From: Pyrinomonadaceae bacterium
Lineage (GTDB): Bacteria; Acidobacteriota; Blastocatellia; Pyrinomonadales; Pyrinomonadaceae
Assembly (NCBI GenBank): GCA_021228405.1
Contig: JAJQRF010000001.1
Location: 1,006,515 to 1,070,514, forward strand
DNA length: 64,000 nucleotides
Direction of reading: 5' to 3'
The notes under the pieces were generated by a model that saw nothing but the letters and a program-made list of their open reading frames with translations, was not told the origin of the DNA and did not search any database. How positions within the stretch are numbered: position 1 is the stretch's first letter; the number at the start of each line of letters is the position of its first letter. Below are positions 46,810 through 56,638 of this stretch, piece after piece. Both the position numbers and the translations under genes were made by a program.

Positions 46810-49269
46810 TTATTTTTTCACGGCTTTCGGTTTGAATTTCGCGTCGTCAATGGCGACATTATGTTTGACCTCTTTGACATAAGTCACGACATTGCCCATC
46901 GAAGGGCTTTCCGAAACGGTTTTAAAGGGAATCATCACGCCGTCAACCGCCCGGTAATCGCTGTAAACCGACGATACGGGAAGTTTTTGGCTCGACGTGC
47001 TTGAAACGATCACGCCCGTTCTTTTGAGCGGCAAAAACGATTTCTGCGAAATGTATATCGTATATTCGCTCGCCTTTGCCGGACGAATCGCAACGACGTA
47101 GGCATCTTCGTCACCGACCTTTGCCGTTCCCGTTACTTCCGCCGATTTCAAATCGTTTTTCCAGTTCAGCAAGCCGTAAAAGTCGTTTTCATATTTCACG
47201 TCTTCCAAACGCTGTCCGCTGTAGGTTTCGGCAGGTGCAAAGCTGATAACCTCGCCGCCGTTCGTGCCGTCGAAATATTCAAAGCTCGTCGCAATGGTTT
47301 TTCCGAGCGCGGTCATCGTTGTATCCGATGCCGTCATATTCGGAGCTTTCGTATAATTTATGCCGCTCGCCTTTACGCCCTGATTTTCAAAATCGAGTTC
47401 GTATTTCGCTTCGCGCGAATTCAATTTACGCCAATTCGCTTCACCGCCGAGCGCGTCGACCGCCTTTGCCATCACTTCATCGACCGAAACTTTCGGCGCG
47501 TCCGATTTACCGACGTATTTGAACTTAAATTCGCCTTCGGGCTGATTGATCGCAATGCCTTCGAGTTTTCCGTCCGCCGATTTATTAACTTTCAGAAAAT
47601 AAGCGTCGGGCAAAGGCGATAACGAATAAGAACCGTCGGCTTTCGCCTTTAATTCATAAGGCTGTTGTCCCGTCACGTTGAGCGTAATTTTGCCGTCCGA
47701 ATCCTTTACTTCAATTCCGCCTTTGCCGTCGGGCGTTTCATATTTTCCGATCAATTCTTTTGCATTTCCCGCGTCGGCGGAAGCCTTGACGGTTTCACCG
47801 TTCGCGCCGATCTTCGGCAAGGTGAAATTTCCCTGCGGTTGTTGTAAGAACATTTCGGTCGCATCGCCTTGCGCGGGCGTGAATTTAACGGCGAAACCTT
47901 CGGGCGCGCCGTCGAGTTTGAATTGCCGTTCGCCCGTTCTCTGCAAAGTATAAACGGGTTGTCCCGGCACGATCATCACGAGTTTTTCGTCTTCGATCTT
48001 TACTTCAATGTCGATCTTCGCCGCTTCCAGACGATATTTGCCGACGAGTTTTTCCATCGCTTTGCGCGGCAGTTTCACGGCTTCGTCCGTCTTTTCTTCT
48101 TCGAGAATTCCCTTCCAGACAAGCGGCATCAATTCGTTGCCGAGCGGCGAACCCGAAACGTTCGTGAGCATCACAAAACCGAGTTTCTTTTCGGGAATCA
48201 TCGCGACCATCGAATTAAAACCGTCGATGTTTCCGCCGTGCTGGACGACCTTCAAGCCGTTCCAATCCTGTAAGAACCAACCCAAACCGTAGGAAGTTTT
48301 ACCCGCGATCTTCATTTGCGGCTTTGTCCATTCTTCAAAGCCTTTTTCGGAAACGAGCCGTTTGCCGTTCACTTCGCCGCCGTTCATCACGAACGTGATC
48401 CATTTCGCCATATCACGCGCCGACGAATTGATCGAACCCGCCGGATTTGTCGCGTCGATCGGGCGATAAGGCAATTTGCGTGTTTCCTTCGTGTCGAAAT
48501 TGTAATCGTAACCGAGCGAAATATCTTTCGCTTTTTGAAACTGCGGAATCGTCATCGTCGAATTCGTCATTCCGAGCGGTTTGAAAATGCGTTCGGGAAC
48601 GAATTTTTCCCAGGTCTTTTTCTGCACGTTCGCCACGATCTCGCCCGCCGCCGCAAACATTATGTTTTGATAGAAGAATTTCTCACGCAACCCCGCCGCC
48701 GGTTTCGCTTCGCCGACGACTTTTATCAACTCTTCACGATTCAGTTTTCCCGTAATCATCGCCAGATCGGTGCGGTTCAAGCCCGAACTGTGCGAAAGCA
48801 GGTCGCGGACGGTAATTTTCGCGTCCGTTTCGGGATTGTTTATTTTGAAATACGGCAGATATTTTTTCGGGCTGTCGTCGAGCGAAAGTTTGCCTTCGTC
48901 CTGCGACATCAAAATCGAAAGCGCGGTAAACGCTTTGGTTGCCGAGCCGATGGCAAACTGCGTGTCGGGCGTAACGGGAATTTTATTTTCAAAATCCTTG
49001 TAGCCCAAACCTTTCATATAAATAATTTCGCCGTCTTTCACGATGACGAGCGACATTCCCGGAATGCCGAGTTCTTTGCGCCGCGCTTCGACCTTTTCTT
49101 CGATCTTTGCGAGCCGCGCTTGCAGACCGCTCGAAACGGCGGTCTGCGTGATTGCAGTTTGCGCATAACCGATTTGCGGCAATGAAACCGCGAAAATCGA
49201 AAACAACAAAGCACACGAAACAATGAATCTTAGATCAATTCTGTTTTTCATCTCTTTTATTTTCTCCAA
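46810..49269 (-). CDS. large secreted serine hydrolase (beta-lactamase fold N-terminal domain plus a 450-aa C-terminal extension)
   Basis: Signal peptide and SATK (SxxK). Paralogous to 39959..41515 in the N-terminal domain. Confidence 0.8.
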   Translation of the reverse strand: MEKIKEMKNRIDLRFIVSCALLFSIFAVSLPQIGYAQTAITQTAVSSGLQARLAKIEEKVEARRKELGIPGMSLVIVKDGEIIYMKGLGYKDFENKIPVTPDTQFAIGSATKAFTALSILMSQDEGKLSLDDSPKKYLPYFKINNPETDAKITVRDLLSHSSGLNRTDLAMITGKLNREELIKVVGEAKPAAGLREKFFYQNIMFAAAGEIVANVQKKTWEKFVPERIFKPLGMTNSTMTIPQFQKAKDISLGYDYNFDTKETRKLPYRPIDATNPAGSINSSARDMAKWITFVMNGGEVNGKRLVSEKGFEEWTKPQMKIAGKTSYGLGWFLQDWNGLKVVQHGGNIDGFNSMVAMIPEKKLGFVMLTNVSGSPLGNELMPLVWKGILEEEKTDEAVKLPRKAMEKLVGKYRLEAAKIDIEVKIEDEKLVMIVPGQPVYTLQRTGERQFKLDGAPEGFAVKFTPAQGDATEMFLQQPQGNFTLPKIGANGETVKASADAGNAKELIGKYETPDGKGGIEVKDSDGKITLNVTGQQPYELKAKADGSYSLSPLPDAYFLKVNKSADGKLEGIAINQPEGEFKFKYVGKSDAPKVSVDEVMAKAVDALGGEANWRKLNSREAKYELDFENQGVKASGINYTKAPNMTASDTTMTALGKTIATSFEYFDGTNGGEVISFAPAETYSGQRLEDVKYENDFYGLLNWKNDLKSAEVTGTAKVGDEDAYVVAIRPAKASEYTIYISQKSFLPLKRTGVIVSSTSSQKLPVSSVYSDYRAVDGVMIPFKTVSESPSMGNVVTYVKEVKHNVAIDDAKFKPKAVKK

Positions 49270-49387
49270 AAATAGGGCGTAGAAAATCTTTCTTGATTTA
49301 TAACGAGAAAATTCTGTGAAATGTTTTGCAAAGTTTGAAAAATTAATGCAAATGAAAGAAGATTAAGCCGAAAGAGTAGAGAATTTT

Positions 49388-49717
49388 ATGAATAACGAGC
49401 CGACAAATTACGAGGAATTCTGGGATTTTTACGTTGCCGAACACAGCCAGCCGCTGACGCGTCTGCTTCATTTCGCCGGCACTTCGCTCAGTCTGGTTTT
49501 GCTCGTCCGGATAATTCGGAACGGAGATTGGATTTACTTTCCCATTTGTCTGGTCGTCGGCTACGGCTTCGCGTGGTTTTCGCATTTCTACGTCGAAAAA
49601 AACAAACCCGCCACTTTCAAATATCCGCTATGGTCGTTGATTTCCGATTACAAAATGGCTTTCTATATGCTCACGGGCAAAATGAACGCGGAAGTCGAAC
49701 GCGTAAAAGCTAAATAA
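49388..49717 (+). CDS. DUF962 (Mpo1-like) membrane protein
   Basis: 109 aa, 2-3 TM, with conserved PLWSLISDYKM. Confidence 0.65.
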   Translation: MNNEPTNYEEFWDFYVAEHSQPLTRLLHFAGTSLSLVLLVRIIRNGDWIYFPICLVVGYGFAWFSHFYVEKNKPATFKYPLWSLISDYKMAFYMLTGKMNAEVERVKAK

Positions 49718-49730
49718 TTAAATCGGATAA

Positions 49731-49771
49731 TAAAAAACAAGGCGCAAAATCTGACTTCTGCGCCTTGTTTA
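49731..49771. terminator. bidirectional rho-independent terminator
   Basis: AAAAAACAAGGCGCA-N11-TGCGCCTTGTTT. Confidence 0.55.
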
Positions 49772-49791
49772 AGTTTTGATTTCCAAATTAA

Positions 49792-50085
49792 TTACCAATT
49801 CACCGAACCTTCTTTGCTCGTGTCGATCTGGGCGAGATTTACGCCTTCGTCGAAAAGAAAAATCTTCAGATTGTCGAAAAGAAAATCGTGCGAATCGGGA
49901 TTTGAAACGTCCAGACCGAAATGATTGATAAGCTGATTCTGCTTTTGCAGCCATTCCTTCCAACAGTTTTGCCCGATCTCGTTGTAGATACGCTGACCGA
50001 GTTCGTTCGGAAACGGCGCAAACTGCATCTGCACATCGCCGCCGCAACGCACACATTTAAATTTATCACTGGAAAATAAGCCCAT
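49792..50085 (-). CDS. yggX: Fe(2+)-trafficking / oxidative-damage protection protein YggX
   Basis: PNELGQRIYNEIGQNCWKEWLQKQNQLINHFGL aligns to E. coli YggX ([30 protein letters not shown]). Confidence 0.8.
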   Translation of the reverse strand: MGLFSSDKFKCVRCGGDVQMQFAPFPNELGQRIYNEIGQNCWKEWLQKQNQLINHFGLDVSNPDSHDFLFDNLKIFLFDEGVNLAQIDTSKEGSVNW

Positions 50086-50127
50086 TTTTATATAAACTCC
50101 TGTTTTTTTCTAGCTTAACATAAAAAC

Positions 50128-51138
50128 TTACTGAAAATCACGAATGTCCTTGAAAGGCTTTTCCTTATCGTTGAAATCCGGTCGGTAATAATACGAAGCC
50201 GATTCGTATTCCTGCATAAAACCTTCTTCCATTCCGAGTTCTTCGAGCAGTTCGACGGCTTTCGACCATTCGCGTTCCGAAATTCGGCGCGAAAGCAAAA
50301 TATAGCGGTCGTCGGTCGCGGCTTTGTTGGTGGCGTAATATTGCGCCATCAAACTTACGGCAACTTTCGGCGAAAGTTCGTCGCGAATCCAGCGCAGATT
50401 TTCCTCGATTCCGGCGATGTCGTTCGGCAAAACGAGCAGACGGATGACCAGACCGCGTTTCAGCAAACCGTTTTCGTCGTAAACTAATCCCGCACCCGTT
50501 TGCCGAAACATTTCCTTGATCGCCGCACGTGCAAAATCGGTATAATTCCGCACTTTTGAAAACTCGAATCCGGCATCGTTTTCGGCATATTTCAGATCGG
50601 GCAGATAAACGTCCACGATGCCGTCAAGGAATCTCAAAACTTCAACCGAATCGTAAGCGTTCGTGTTGTAAACGATCGGAATTTGCAAACCTTTTTCCGC
50701 CGCGATCAGAATGCTTCGCGCCATTTGCGGAGCGAAATGCGTCGGCGAAACGAAACCGACGTTATGACAGCCTTTTTCCTGCAATTCGAGCATCATTCCG
50801 GCTAATCGTTCGTGCGAAATCTCGTTTTTCTTCTGCGTTTTCCAGGTTTGCGAGATTTGATAATTCTGACAATAAACACAGCGCAGATTGCAGTTTCCGA
50901 AAAAGATATTTCCCGCGCCTTTCGTTCCCGAAAGCGCAGGTTCTTCGCCGAAATGCGCCGTAAACGATGAAACGATTGGAAGCCGTCCCGAATAACACGC
51001 GGCGATTTCGTCGTTCAGACGGTTGTTTCCGCAGTCTTTCGGGCAGACGGTGCAGGATTCGAGCAGTTTTTCGAGTTGCAGAACGCGGTTTTCCAATTCG
51101 CCGGTGCGGTAAAGTTCTAAAAATTTCGGTTCGGTCAT
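50128..51138 (-). CDS. radical SAM protein, PflX-like (pyruvate formate-lyase activase homolog, COG1313)
   Basis: CNLRCVYCQN (CX3CX2C) plus an upstream CTVCPKDCGNNR cysteine motif. Start taken at MTEPKF. Confidence 0.7.
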   Translation of the reverse strand: MTEPKFLELYRTGELENRVLQLEKLLESCTVCPKDCGNNRLNDEIAACYSGRLPIVSSFTAHFGEEPALSGTKGAGNIFFGNCNLRCVYCQNYQISQTWKTQKKNEISHERLAGMMLELQEKGCHNVGFVSPTHFAPQMARSILIAAEKGLQIPIVYNTNAYDSVEVLRFLDGIVDVYLPDLKYAENDAGFEFSKVRNYTDFARAAIKEMFRQTGAGLVYDENGLLKRGLVIRLLVLPNDIAGIEENLRWIRDELSPKVAVSLMAQYYATNKAATDDRYILLSRRISEREWSKAVELLEELGMEEGFMQEYESASYYYRPDFNDKEKPFKDIRDFQ

Positions 51139-51154
51139 TTTAATAAATTGTCCC

Positions 51155-51235
51155 CGAATGAACACAGATTGACAGAGATTTTTTAGGATTTATCTTAAAA
51201 ATTATCCGGGTTTATCCGTGTTCATCTGTGGATGA
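51155..51235. repeat. family B palindromic element
   Basis: CCCCGAATGAACACAGATTGACAGAGAT ... ATCCGTGTTCATCTGTGGAT. Confidence 0.65.
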
Positions 51236-51241
51236 AAAAAA

Positions 51242-51823
51242 CTAATCCTTTGTTCTTTCGATATTTTCGTCGATGACTTTCGTATATTTGCTGATGATCG
51301 AGCGCGGCGCGACGGTTTTGGCGAGCGTCCACGTAAAGTCCATTTCGGCGTTGACGGTCGCGGTCGCCATCCGCGTTTCGCGGAGCATCAGGATGCTTCC
51401 GTAAAACAGGCACATAATGCCGACGATCCCGACGGGAATCGGCAGCCAGCGGTAAATATTGAAAATTCCCGCGACGGCAATCGTCACGCTCGTCAGGATG
51501 AAAAAGCCCAGACCGTAATAAAACGCGCTCATCGCGTGCTGTAAAATGCGCGAACGCGTCGTCACTTTGTCGAGCAGATAAACAATCGTGTCGAGCCGTT
51601 TGTCGTAAAGCGCGATCTGCGATTTATCTTCGGTCATAATCAGATCGCTGAGTCGCTGTTCGAGCTCGCGCACGCGGTCAACGACGCGTCCGAGCCGTGT
51701 CGAGGTCGAAAGCACGAGCGAACCCGTCGCGGAAATCAACAAAGCGGGCGTAATCATCGCGGTCAAAAATTCGATGGTCGAATTCAGCAAATTCGGATTG
51801 ACGTTTATCAAATCTCCAGCCAT
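51242..51823 (-). CDS. DUF2721 membrane protein
   Basis: Two TM helices flanking a charged region. Start taken at MAGDLINV. Confidence 0.55.
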   Translation of the reverse strand: MAGDLINVNPNLLNSTIEFLTAMITPALLISATGSLVLSTSTRLGRVVDRVRELEQRLSDLIMTEDKSQIALYDKRLDTIVYLLDKVTTRSRILQHAMSAFYYGLGFFILTSVTIAVAGIFNIYRWLPIPVGIVGIMCLFYGSILMLRETRMATATVNAEMDFTWTLAKTVAPRSIISKYTKVIDENIERTKD

Positions 51824-51880
51824 ATCAAGTAATTCTAACGTAAAGCGAAACAAGTAAAAAGGAAAAAGTATTTTTAATCC

Positions 51881-52153
51881 GATTTCACGAAAAACGAAGC
51901 TGATTTAACGTCGATCGAACGGGGTTTCACGTTGTAATATTCGGATTTTACAATAATCGAACGGAATTTGACGCGGTCGTAACCGCATTTGACCGCGTCG
52001 CATCTGGATTTGACCGCGTCGTATTGGAATTTGACCGCGTCGTATTGGAATTTGACTGCGTCGCATCTGGATTTGACGCGGTCGTAACCGGATTTGACCG
52101 CGTCGTATCGAAATTTGACGCGGTCGTAACCGGATTTGACCGCGTCGCATTCG
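51881..52153. repeat. tandem array 3: about 13 copies of a 21-bp unit GRATTTGAC(C/G)GCG(G/T)TCGTANNN
   Basis: Read directly (ggatttgaccgcgtcgtattg, gaatttgacgcggtcgtaacc and similar). Each unit contains the palindrome GACCGCGTC. It lies in the divergent promoter region between DUF2721 and the esterase. Confidence 0.85.
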
Positions 52154-52310
52154 GTCATTTTGTTACAAAATCGCTGTCAGATATTGAAAAACCTCAATTA
52201 TTTATTTGTTTTCTCATAAAAAAACTTATTCTCGACGCTTAGGACGAAAGATAAAAACTTCACTCGAATTTTACTTTTCCGCGTTCGCTTTCTACGATAA
52301 AAGAAACCTT

Positions 52311-53309
52311 ATGAACAGAATCAATCAAACCGTGACCATTCAGCACCAGAGCGCGATTTTGAGGAATAACGCGCTCGGCGACCGATATATCCGCGACATC
52401 ATCGTTTATCTGCCGCCGCATTACGACGAAACGAAACAATATCCGAGCGTTTACGTGCTTTCGGGCTTTACGGGACGCGGGCGGATGATGCTCAACGATT
52501 CCGCGTTTGCGCCGAATTTTGCCGACCGGATGGATGCACTCATCAATGCGGGAAAAATTCAGCCGATGATCGCCGTTTTGCCCGACTGTTTCACGCATTA
52601 CGGCGGTTCGCAATATATCAACTCGACCGCGACGGGCAATTATGAAGACTATCTGACGCAGGAAATCGTGCCGTTCGTCGATGCGACCTTTTCGACCGTC
52701 AAAGACCGCGATTTCCGCGCCGTAATGGGCAAATCTTCGGGCGGTTACGGCGCGTTGATAATGGCGATGCGTCACGCCGGCATTTTCGGACTCGCGTGTT
52801 CGACCGCCGGCGACGCTTATTTCGAGCATTGCTATTTGCAGGATATTCCGAAGGCTTTTCGTGCGATCAAAGGCGATCCGCAAAAACTGGTCGAAAAATT
52901 CTGGGACGAAGAAGCGAAAAAGGGCAAAGACGATTTTTCGGGCTTGAACATCGTCGGGATGAGCGCGTGCTACTCGCCGAATCCCGATTCGGAATTCGGT
53001 TTCGATCTGCCTTACGACCTCGAAACGGGCGAAATCCGTCAGGAAATCTGGGAAAAATGGTTGGAGCACGATCCCGTCCGGCTTGTGGAAAAGTCTGTGG
53101 AAAACTTGAAATCCCTGAAACTGCTTTTTATCGACGCGGGCACGAGCGACGAGTTTTTTCTCGACATCGGCGCGAAGATTTTGTGCGAAAGACTGGGAAA
53201 ATTCGACATTCCGCACATCGCCGAAGAATTCGACGGCGGACATTTCAACGTTTCCTACCGTCAAAACCGTTCGCTCGAAATGATCTCCGAAGCACTCGGT
53301 AAAAATTGA
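52311..53309 (+). CDS. esterase-family alpha/beta hydrolase (paralog of 34535..35317)
   Basis: Start taken at MNRINQTV. YPSVYVLSGFTG and GKSSGGYGA (GxSxG). Confidence 0.8.
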   Translation: MNRINQTVTIQHQSAILRNNALGDRYIRDIIVYLPPHYDETKQYPSVYVLSGFTGRGRMMLNDSAFAPNFADRMDALINAGKIQPMIAVLPDCFTHYGGSQYINSTATGNYEDYLTQEIVPFVDATFSTVKDRDFRAVMGKSSGGYGALIMAMRHAGIFGLACSTAGDAYFEHCYLQDIPKAFRAIKGDPQKLVEKFWDEEAKKGKDDFSGLNIVGMSACYSPNPDSEFGFDLPYDLETGEIRQEIWEKWLEHDPVRLVEKSVENLKSLKLLFIDAGTSDEFFLDIGAKILCERLGKFDIPHIAEEFDGGHFNVSYRQNRSLEMISEALGKN

Positions 53310-53321
53310 TTATTTGAACGC

Positions 53322-53412
53322 GGATTTGGCGAATCAGGCGGATTAACACAATATTTATATAATTTATCTGTGCTAATCTGCCTGATCTGCCCAATCCGCG
53401 TTCAGAATTTTG
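53322..53412. repeat. family C palindromic element, full copy, with an outward TTGACAG at its right edge
   Basis: TTTGAACGCGGATTTGGCGAATCAGGCGGA ... CTGCCTGATCTGCCCAATCCGCGTTCAGAATTTTGACAG. Confidence 0.65.
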
Positions 53413-53492
53413 ACAGATTTCTTGAATACAGTTTTTAGGAATAAATCCGAGCTGAAACTGCATTTTGATTTTGTGCGAATTAAATTTCAGGT

Positions 53493-55439
53493 ATGTTAAA
53501 AATTTCGGCAGTTTTGATTTTCGCGCTCATTTTCAGCGCAAACATTTCGGCAATGATCTACCAGGCAAAAGTCCGCGCGCCCGAACTGAACGGCGGCGTG
53601 AGTTGGTTAAATACGGAAAAACCTCTGTCGCTGGCGGGCTTGAAAGGCAAGATAGTTTTGCTCGATTTCTGGACTTACGGCTGTATAAACTGCATCCACA
53701 TCATTCCCGATCTGAAAAAACTCGAAGCGAAATACGCCGACCGGCTCGTCGTCATCGGCGTTCATTCGGCGAAATTTACGAACGAAGGCGAAACGGAAAA
53801 TATCCGTAAGATCATTTTGCGTTACGGTGTCGAACATCCGGTCGTCAACGATGCCGATTTCAAGATTTGGAATCAATACGCCGTCAGCGCGTATCCGACG
53901 CAGGTTTTGATCGATCCGCAAGGCTACATCGCCTCTGAATTCGTCGGCGAAGGTCACTTTGCGGAAATCGACGCGGAAATCGAGAAAACCGCCGCCGAAT
54001 TTCGCAAAAAAGGTTTGCTCGACGAAAAGCCTCTGAAATTTGCGCTCGAACGCGCCAAAGTCGGTTCCCTGCCGCTCGCGTTTCCGGGAAAAATCCTTGC
54101 GGACGAAAGATCGCAACGGCTTTTTATCGCCGATTCCAATCACAACCGCATCGTTATTACCGATCTGAACGGAAAACTGCTCGAAACCGTCGGGAGCGGA
54201 AAAGCGGCTCTGACGGACGGAAATTTTCAAAACGCCGCGTTTTACAAACCGCAGGGATTATTTTTTGAAAACGAAAAGCTTTACGTTGCCGACACCGAAA
54301 ATCACGCCGTCCGCCTGATAAATCTCGAAAAGAAAACCGTCGAAACGCTGACGGGCAACGGCAAGCAAGCCGCCTGGAAAGCGATCGGCGGCGCGGCGAA
54401 GACCGCTTCTTTGAGTTCGCCGTGGGATTTGACGAAGATCGGCGACGCGATTTATATTGCGATGGCTGGAAATCATCAGATTTGGAAGCTCGATCTGACG
54501 AAAAATACGGTCGCGCCGTATGCCGGAACGGGCGCGGAAGCGCGCTATGACGCGTTGATCGACGAAGCCGCGTTTGCACAGCCTTCGGGCATCGTAACGG
54601 ACGGCAAAATTCTCTACATTGCCGATTCCGAATCGAACATTATCCGCAAAATAAACACCGAAACCGAAGAAGTCGAAACGCTTGTCGGCGGCGATCTGTG
54701 GGTTTTCGGCGACGAAGACGGCGAAGGCAACGAAGTTCGTCTGCAACACCCGCTCGGCATCGCTTTTTACGGGAAAAATCTCCTGATCGCCGACACTTAC
54801 AATCACAAGATAAAACTTTTGAATCCCGAAAAATCGACCGTCGAAACGCTTTTGGGAAACGGCAGTTCGGGACAGACGGACGGCAAAAAAGCGACGTTTT
54901 ACGAACCCGGCGGACTTTCGATCGCAAACGGAAAACTTTTCGTCGCCGACACGAACAACAACGCCGTGCGCATCGTCAATTTACAGACGAAGGAAGTTTC
55001 GACTCTGAAGATCGAAGGCTTGACCGCACCGCAGATCGAAGATGAAACGAGCCCGGTTTCGCCGAATCTGGAAGAAAAAACCGTCGAAACTCAAACCGTT
55101 GCGGCAAACTCGCAAAACTCGCTCGTTTTCAACATCAAAATGCCCGAAGGTTTTCATTTGAATGTTGCCGCGCCGAATCGTTTCGAGATTTCCGCAAGCG
55201 ATAAAAATGTCAGAATCGAAACCGCCGCGCAAAAATTCAAAGCCGTCCCGCTGACGATCCCGTTTCAAACCCTGAGCAAAGGCGAAACGAAACTCACCGC
55301 CAAGCTGACGGTTTATTATTGCCGCGAAGACAACACGGGCGTTTGCAAGATCAAAACTCTCGCGTGGCAGATTCCCTTGAAAATCGCGGACGAAAAGCAA
55401 ATTTCAAACAAGATCGAGCTTTCGGCAAAGGTTGAGTAA
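53493..55439 (+). CDS. secreted thioredoxin-like (TlpA/redoxin, CxxC) domain protein fused to an NHL-repeat beta-propeller
   Basis: Signal peptide. WTYGCINCIH redoxin motif. Six NHL-type repeats (LYVADTENHAVR, LYIADSESNIIRKI, LLIADTYNHKIK, LFVADTNNNAVR). Confidence 0.8.
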   Translation: MLKISAVLIFALIFSANISAMIYQAKVRAPELNGGVSWLNTEKPLSLAGLKGKIVLLDFWTYGCINCIHIIPDLKKLEAKYADRLVVIGVHSAKFTNEGETENIRKIILRYGVEHPVVNDADFKIWNQYAVSAYPTQVLIDPQGYIASEFVGEGHFAEIDAEIEKTAAEFRKKGLLDEKPLKFALERAKVGSLPLAFPGKILADERSQRLFIADSNHNRIVITDLNGKLLETVGSGKAALTDGNFQNAAFYKPQGLFFENEKLYVADTENHAVRLINLEKKTVETLTGNGKQAAWKAIGGAAKTASLSSPWDLTKIGDAIYIAMAGNHQIWKLDLTKNTVAPYAGTGAEARYDALIDEAAFAQPSGIVTDGKILYIADSESNIIRKINTETEEVETLVGGDLWVFGDEDGEGNEVRLQHPLGIAFYGKNLLIADTYNHKIKLLNPEKSTVETLLGNGSSGQTDGKKATFYEPGGLSIANGKLFVADTNNNAVRIVNLQTKEVSTLKIEGLTAPQIEDETSPVSPNLEEKTVETQTVAANSQNSLVFNIKMPEGFHLNVAAPNRFEISASDKNVRIETAAQKFKAVPLTIPFQTLSKGETKLTAKLTVYYCREDNTGVCKIKTLAWQIPLKIADEKQISNKIELSAKVE

Positions 55440-55446
55440 AAGAAGA

Positions 55447-55534
55447 TTTGCCCACGAAATACACGAAAAGCACGAAAACAAAAACTTTCTGATTGGTTTT
55501 CCTTTTTCGTTTCTTTCGTGTATTTCGTGGGCAA
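55447..55534. repeat. family A palindromic element, between convergent genes
   Basis: TTGCCCACGAAATACACGAAAAGCACGAAAAC ... TTTCGTTTCTTTCGTGTATTTCGTGGGCAA. Confidence 0.7.
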
Positions 55535-55553
55535 ATCTTTTTCTTATCTTTAT

Positions 55554-55721
55554 CTATGGAGAATTTTTCTTGTTTCGGCGGCATTTTTCCGAGCAAAATT
55601 TTACTTCCGTCCAGACTTTTTCCCATTTTTTGCGCCACGTCATCGGTTTTCCGCAGTTTTCGCAGAGTTTTGTCGGCAGGTTTGATTTGGTATATTTTTT
55701 CTGTCCCGGTCTTTTTGCCAT
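55554..55721 (-). CDS. DUF2256 zinc-ribbon protein
   Basis: MAKRPGQKKYTKSNLPTKLCENCGKPMTWRKKWEKVWTEVKFCSEKCRRNK matches DUF2256. The longer track ORF would read into the palindromic element. Confidence 0.7.
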   Translation of the reverse strand: MAKRPGQKKYTKSNLPTKLCENCGKPMTWRKKWEKVWTEVKFCSEKCRRNKKNSP

Positions 55722-55727
55722 TTTGCG

Positions 55728-56420
55728 ATGAATGATTCCAATCCGACACAAATTATAGCTAAATATTCGTTCATCAACGAAGAATTTTACGCCGAACGCG
55801 TCACGCCTTTCCAACTCGACGCGCTTCTGGCGGACGGTTGGCGGCATTTCGGGAAGCATTTTTTTCGTTATAATCTCGGCTTTTCACAGGGTGAAATCCG
55901 TTTCGTGATGCCTTTGCGGATTCGTTTGAAGGATTTCGGTTTTTCAAAATCGCAACGCCGCATTTTACGGAAAAACAGCGATTTGGAAACGATCATTCGT
56001 CCCGTCAAGATCACTGCGGCGACCGAAACTCTGTTCGAGCGGCACAAACGGCGTTTCAAGGAAGGTGTTCCCGAATCGGTTTACACGTTTCTCGACCAAA
56101 ACCCGTCAAGCGTTCCGTGCCGAACGATGGAATGTGCCGTCTATCTTGAAAACGAAATCGTTGCCGTTTCGTTTTTCGATGTCGGCGAAACGTCGGTTTC
56201 GGGGATTTACGCCTGTTTCGCGCCCGAATTTTCCGAACGCGGGCTGGGAACTTTCACGATGCTCGTCGAAATAGATTTCGCACTCGAAAACGGGAAGGAT
56301 TTTTATTATCAAGGCTACGCTTACGCCGGAAATTCCTTTTACGACTACAAAAAACGCTTTCGCGCTCTCGAAACCTACGATTGGTTCGGCAATTGGAAGG
56401 ATTTTTCCGAAAATATCTGA
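55728..56420 (+). CDS. bpt: arginyl/leucyl-tRNA--protein transferase (bacterial Bpt/ATE family)
   Basis: 230 aa with the ATE N- and C-terminal regions (FRYNLGFSQG..., YYQGYAYAGNSFYDYKKRF). Confidence 0.75.
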   Translation: MNDSNPTQIIAKYSFINEEFYAERVTPFQLDALLADGWRHFGKHFFRYNLGFSQGEIRFVMPLRIRLKDFGFSKSQRRILRKNSDLETIIRPVKITAATETLFERHKRRFKEGVPESVYTFLDQNPSSVPCRTMECAVYLENEIVAVSFFDVGETSVSGIYACFAPEFSERGLGTFTMLVEIDFALENGKDFYYQGYAYAGNSFYDYKKRFRALETYDWFGNWKDFSENI

Positions 56421-56638
56421 CCGCTCAAAAAATCGAGGTGAAGTCTTTAAAAAACTTCACCTTGACGGCGTTTTGCTTGATATTCAACGTAAAAGAGCGT
56501 GATCAAAACATCGAACTCACAAACCGCCGGAATTTTAGTCAGAACCGTCTGCGGTAGGCGGATGGGCAAAACCCTGACCAAATTGATAATTTCAGCTTTA
56601 AACCGCCCGCTACCGCAGACGATTCCGACCTGTAATTC

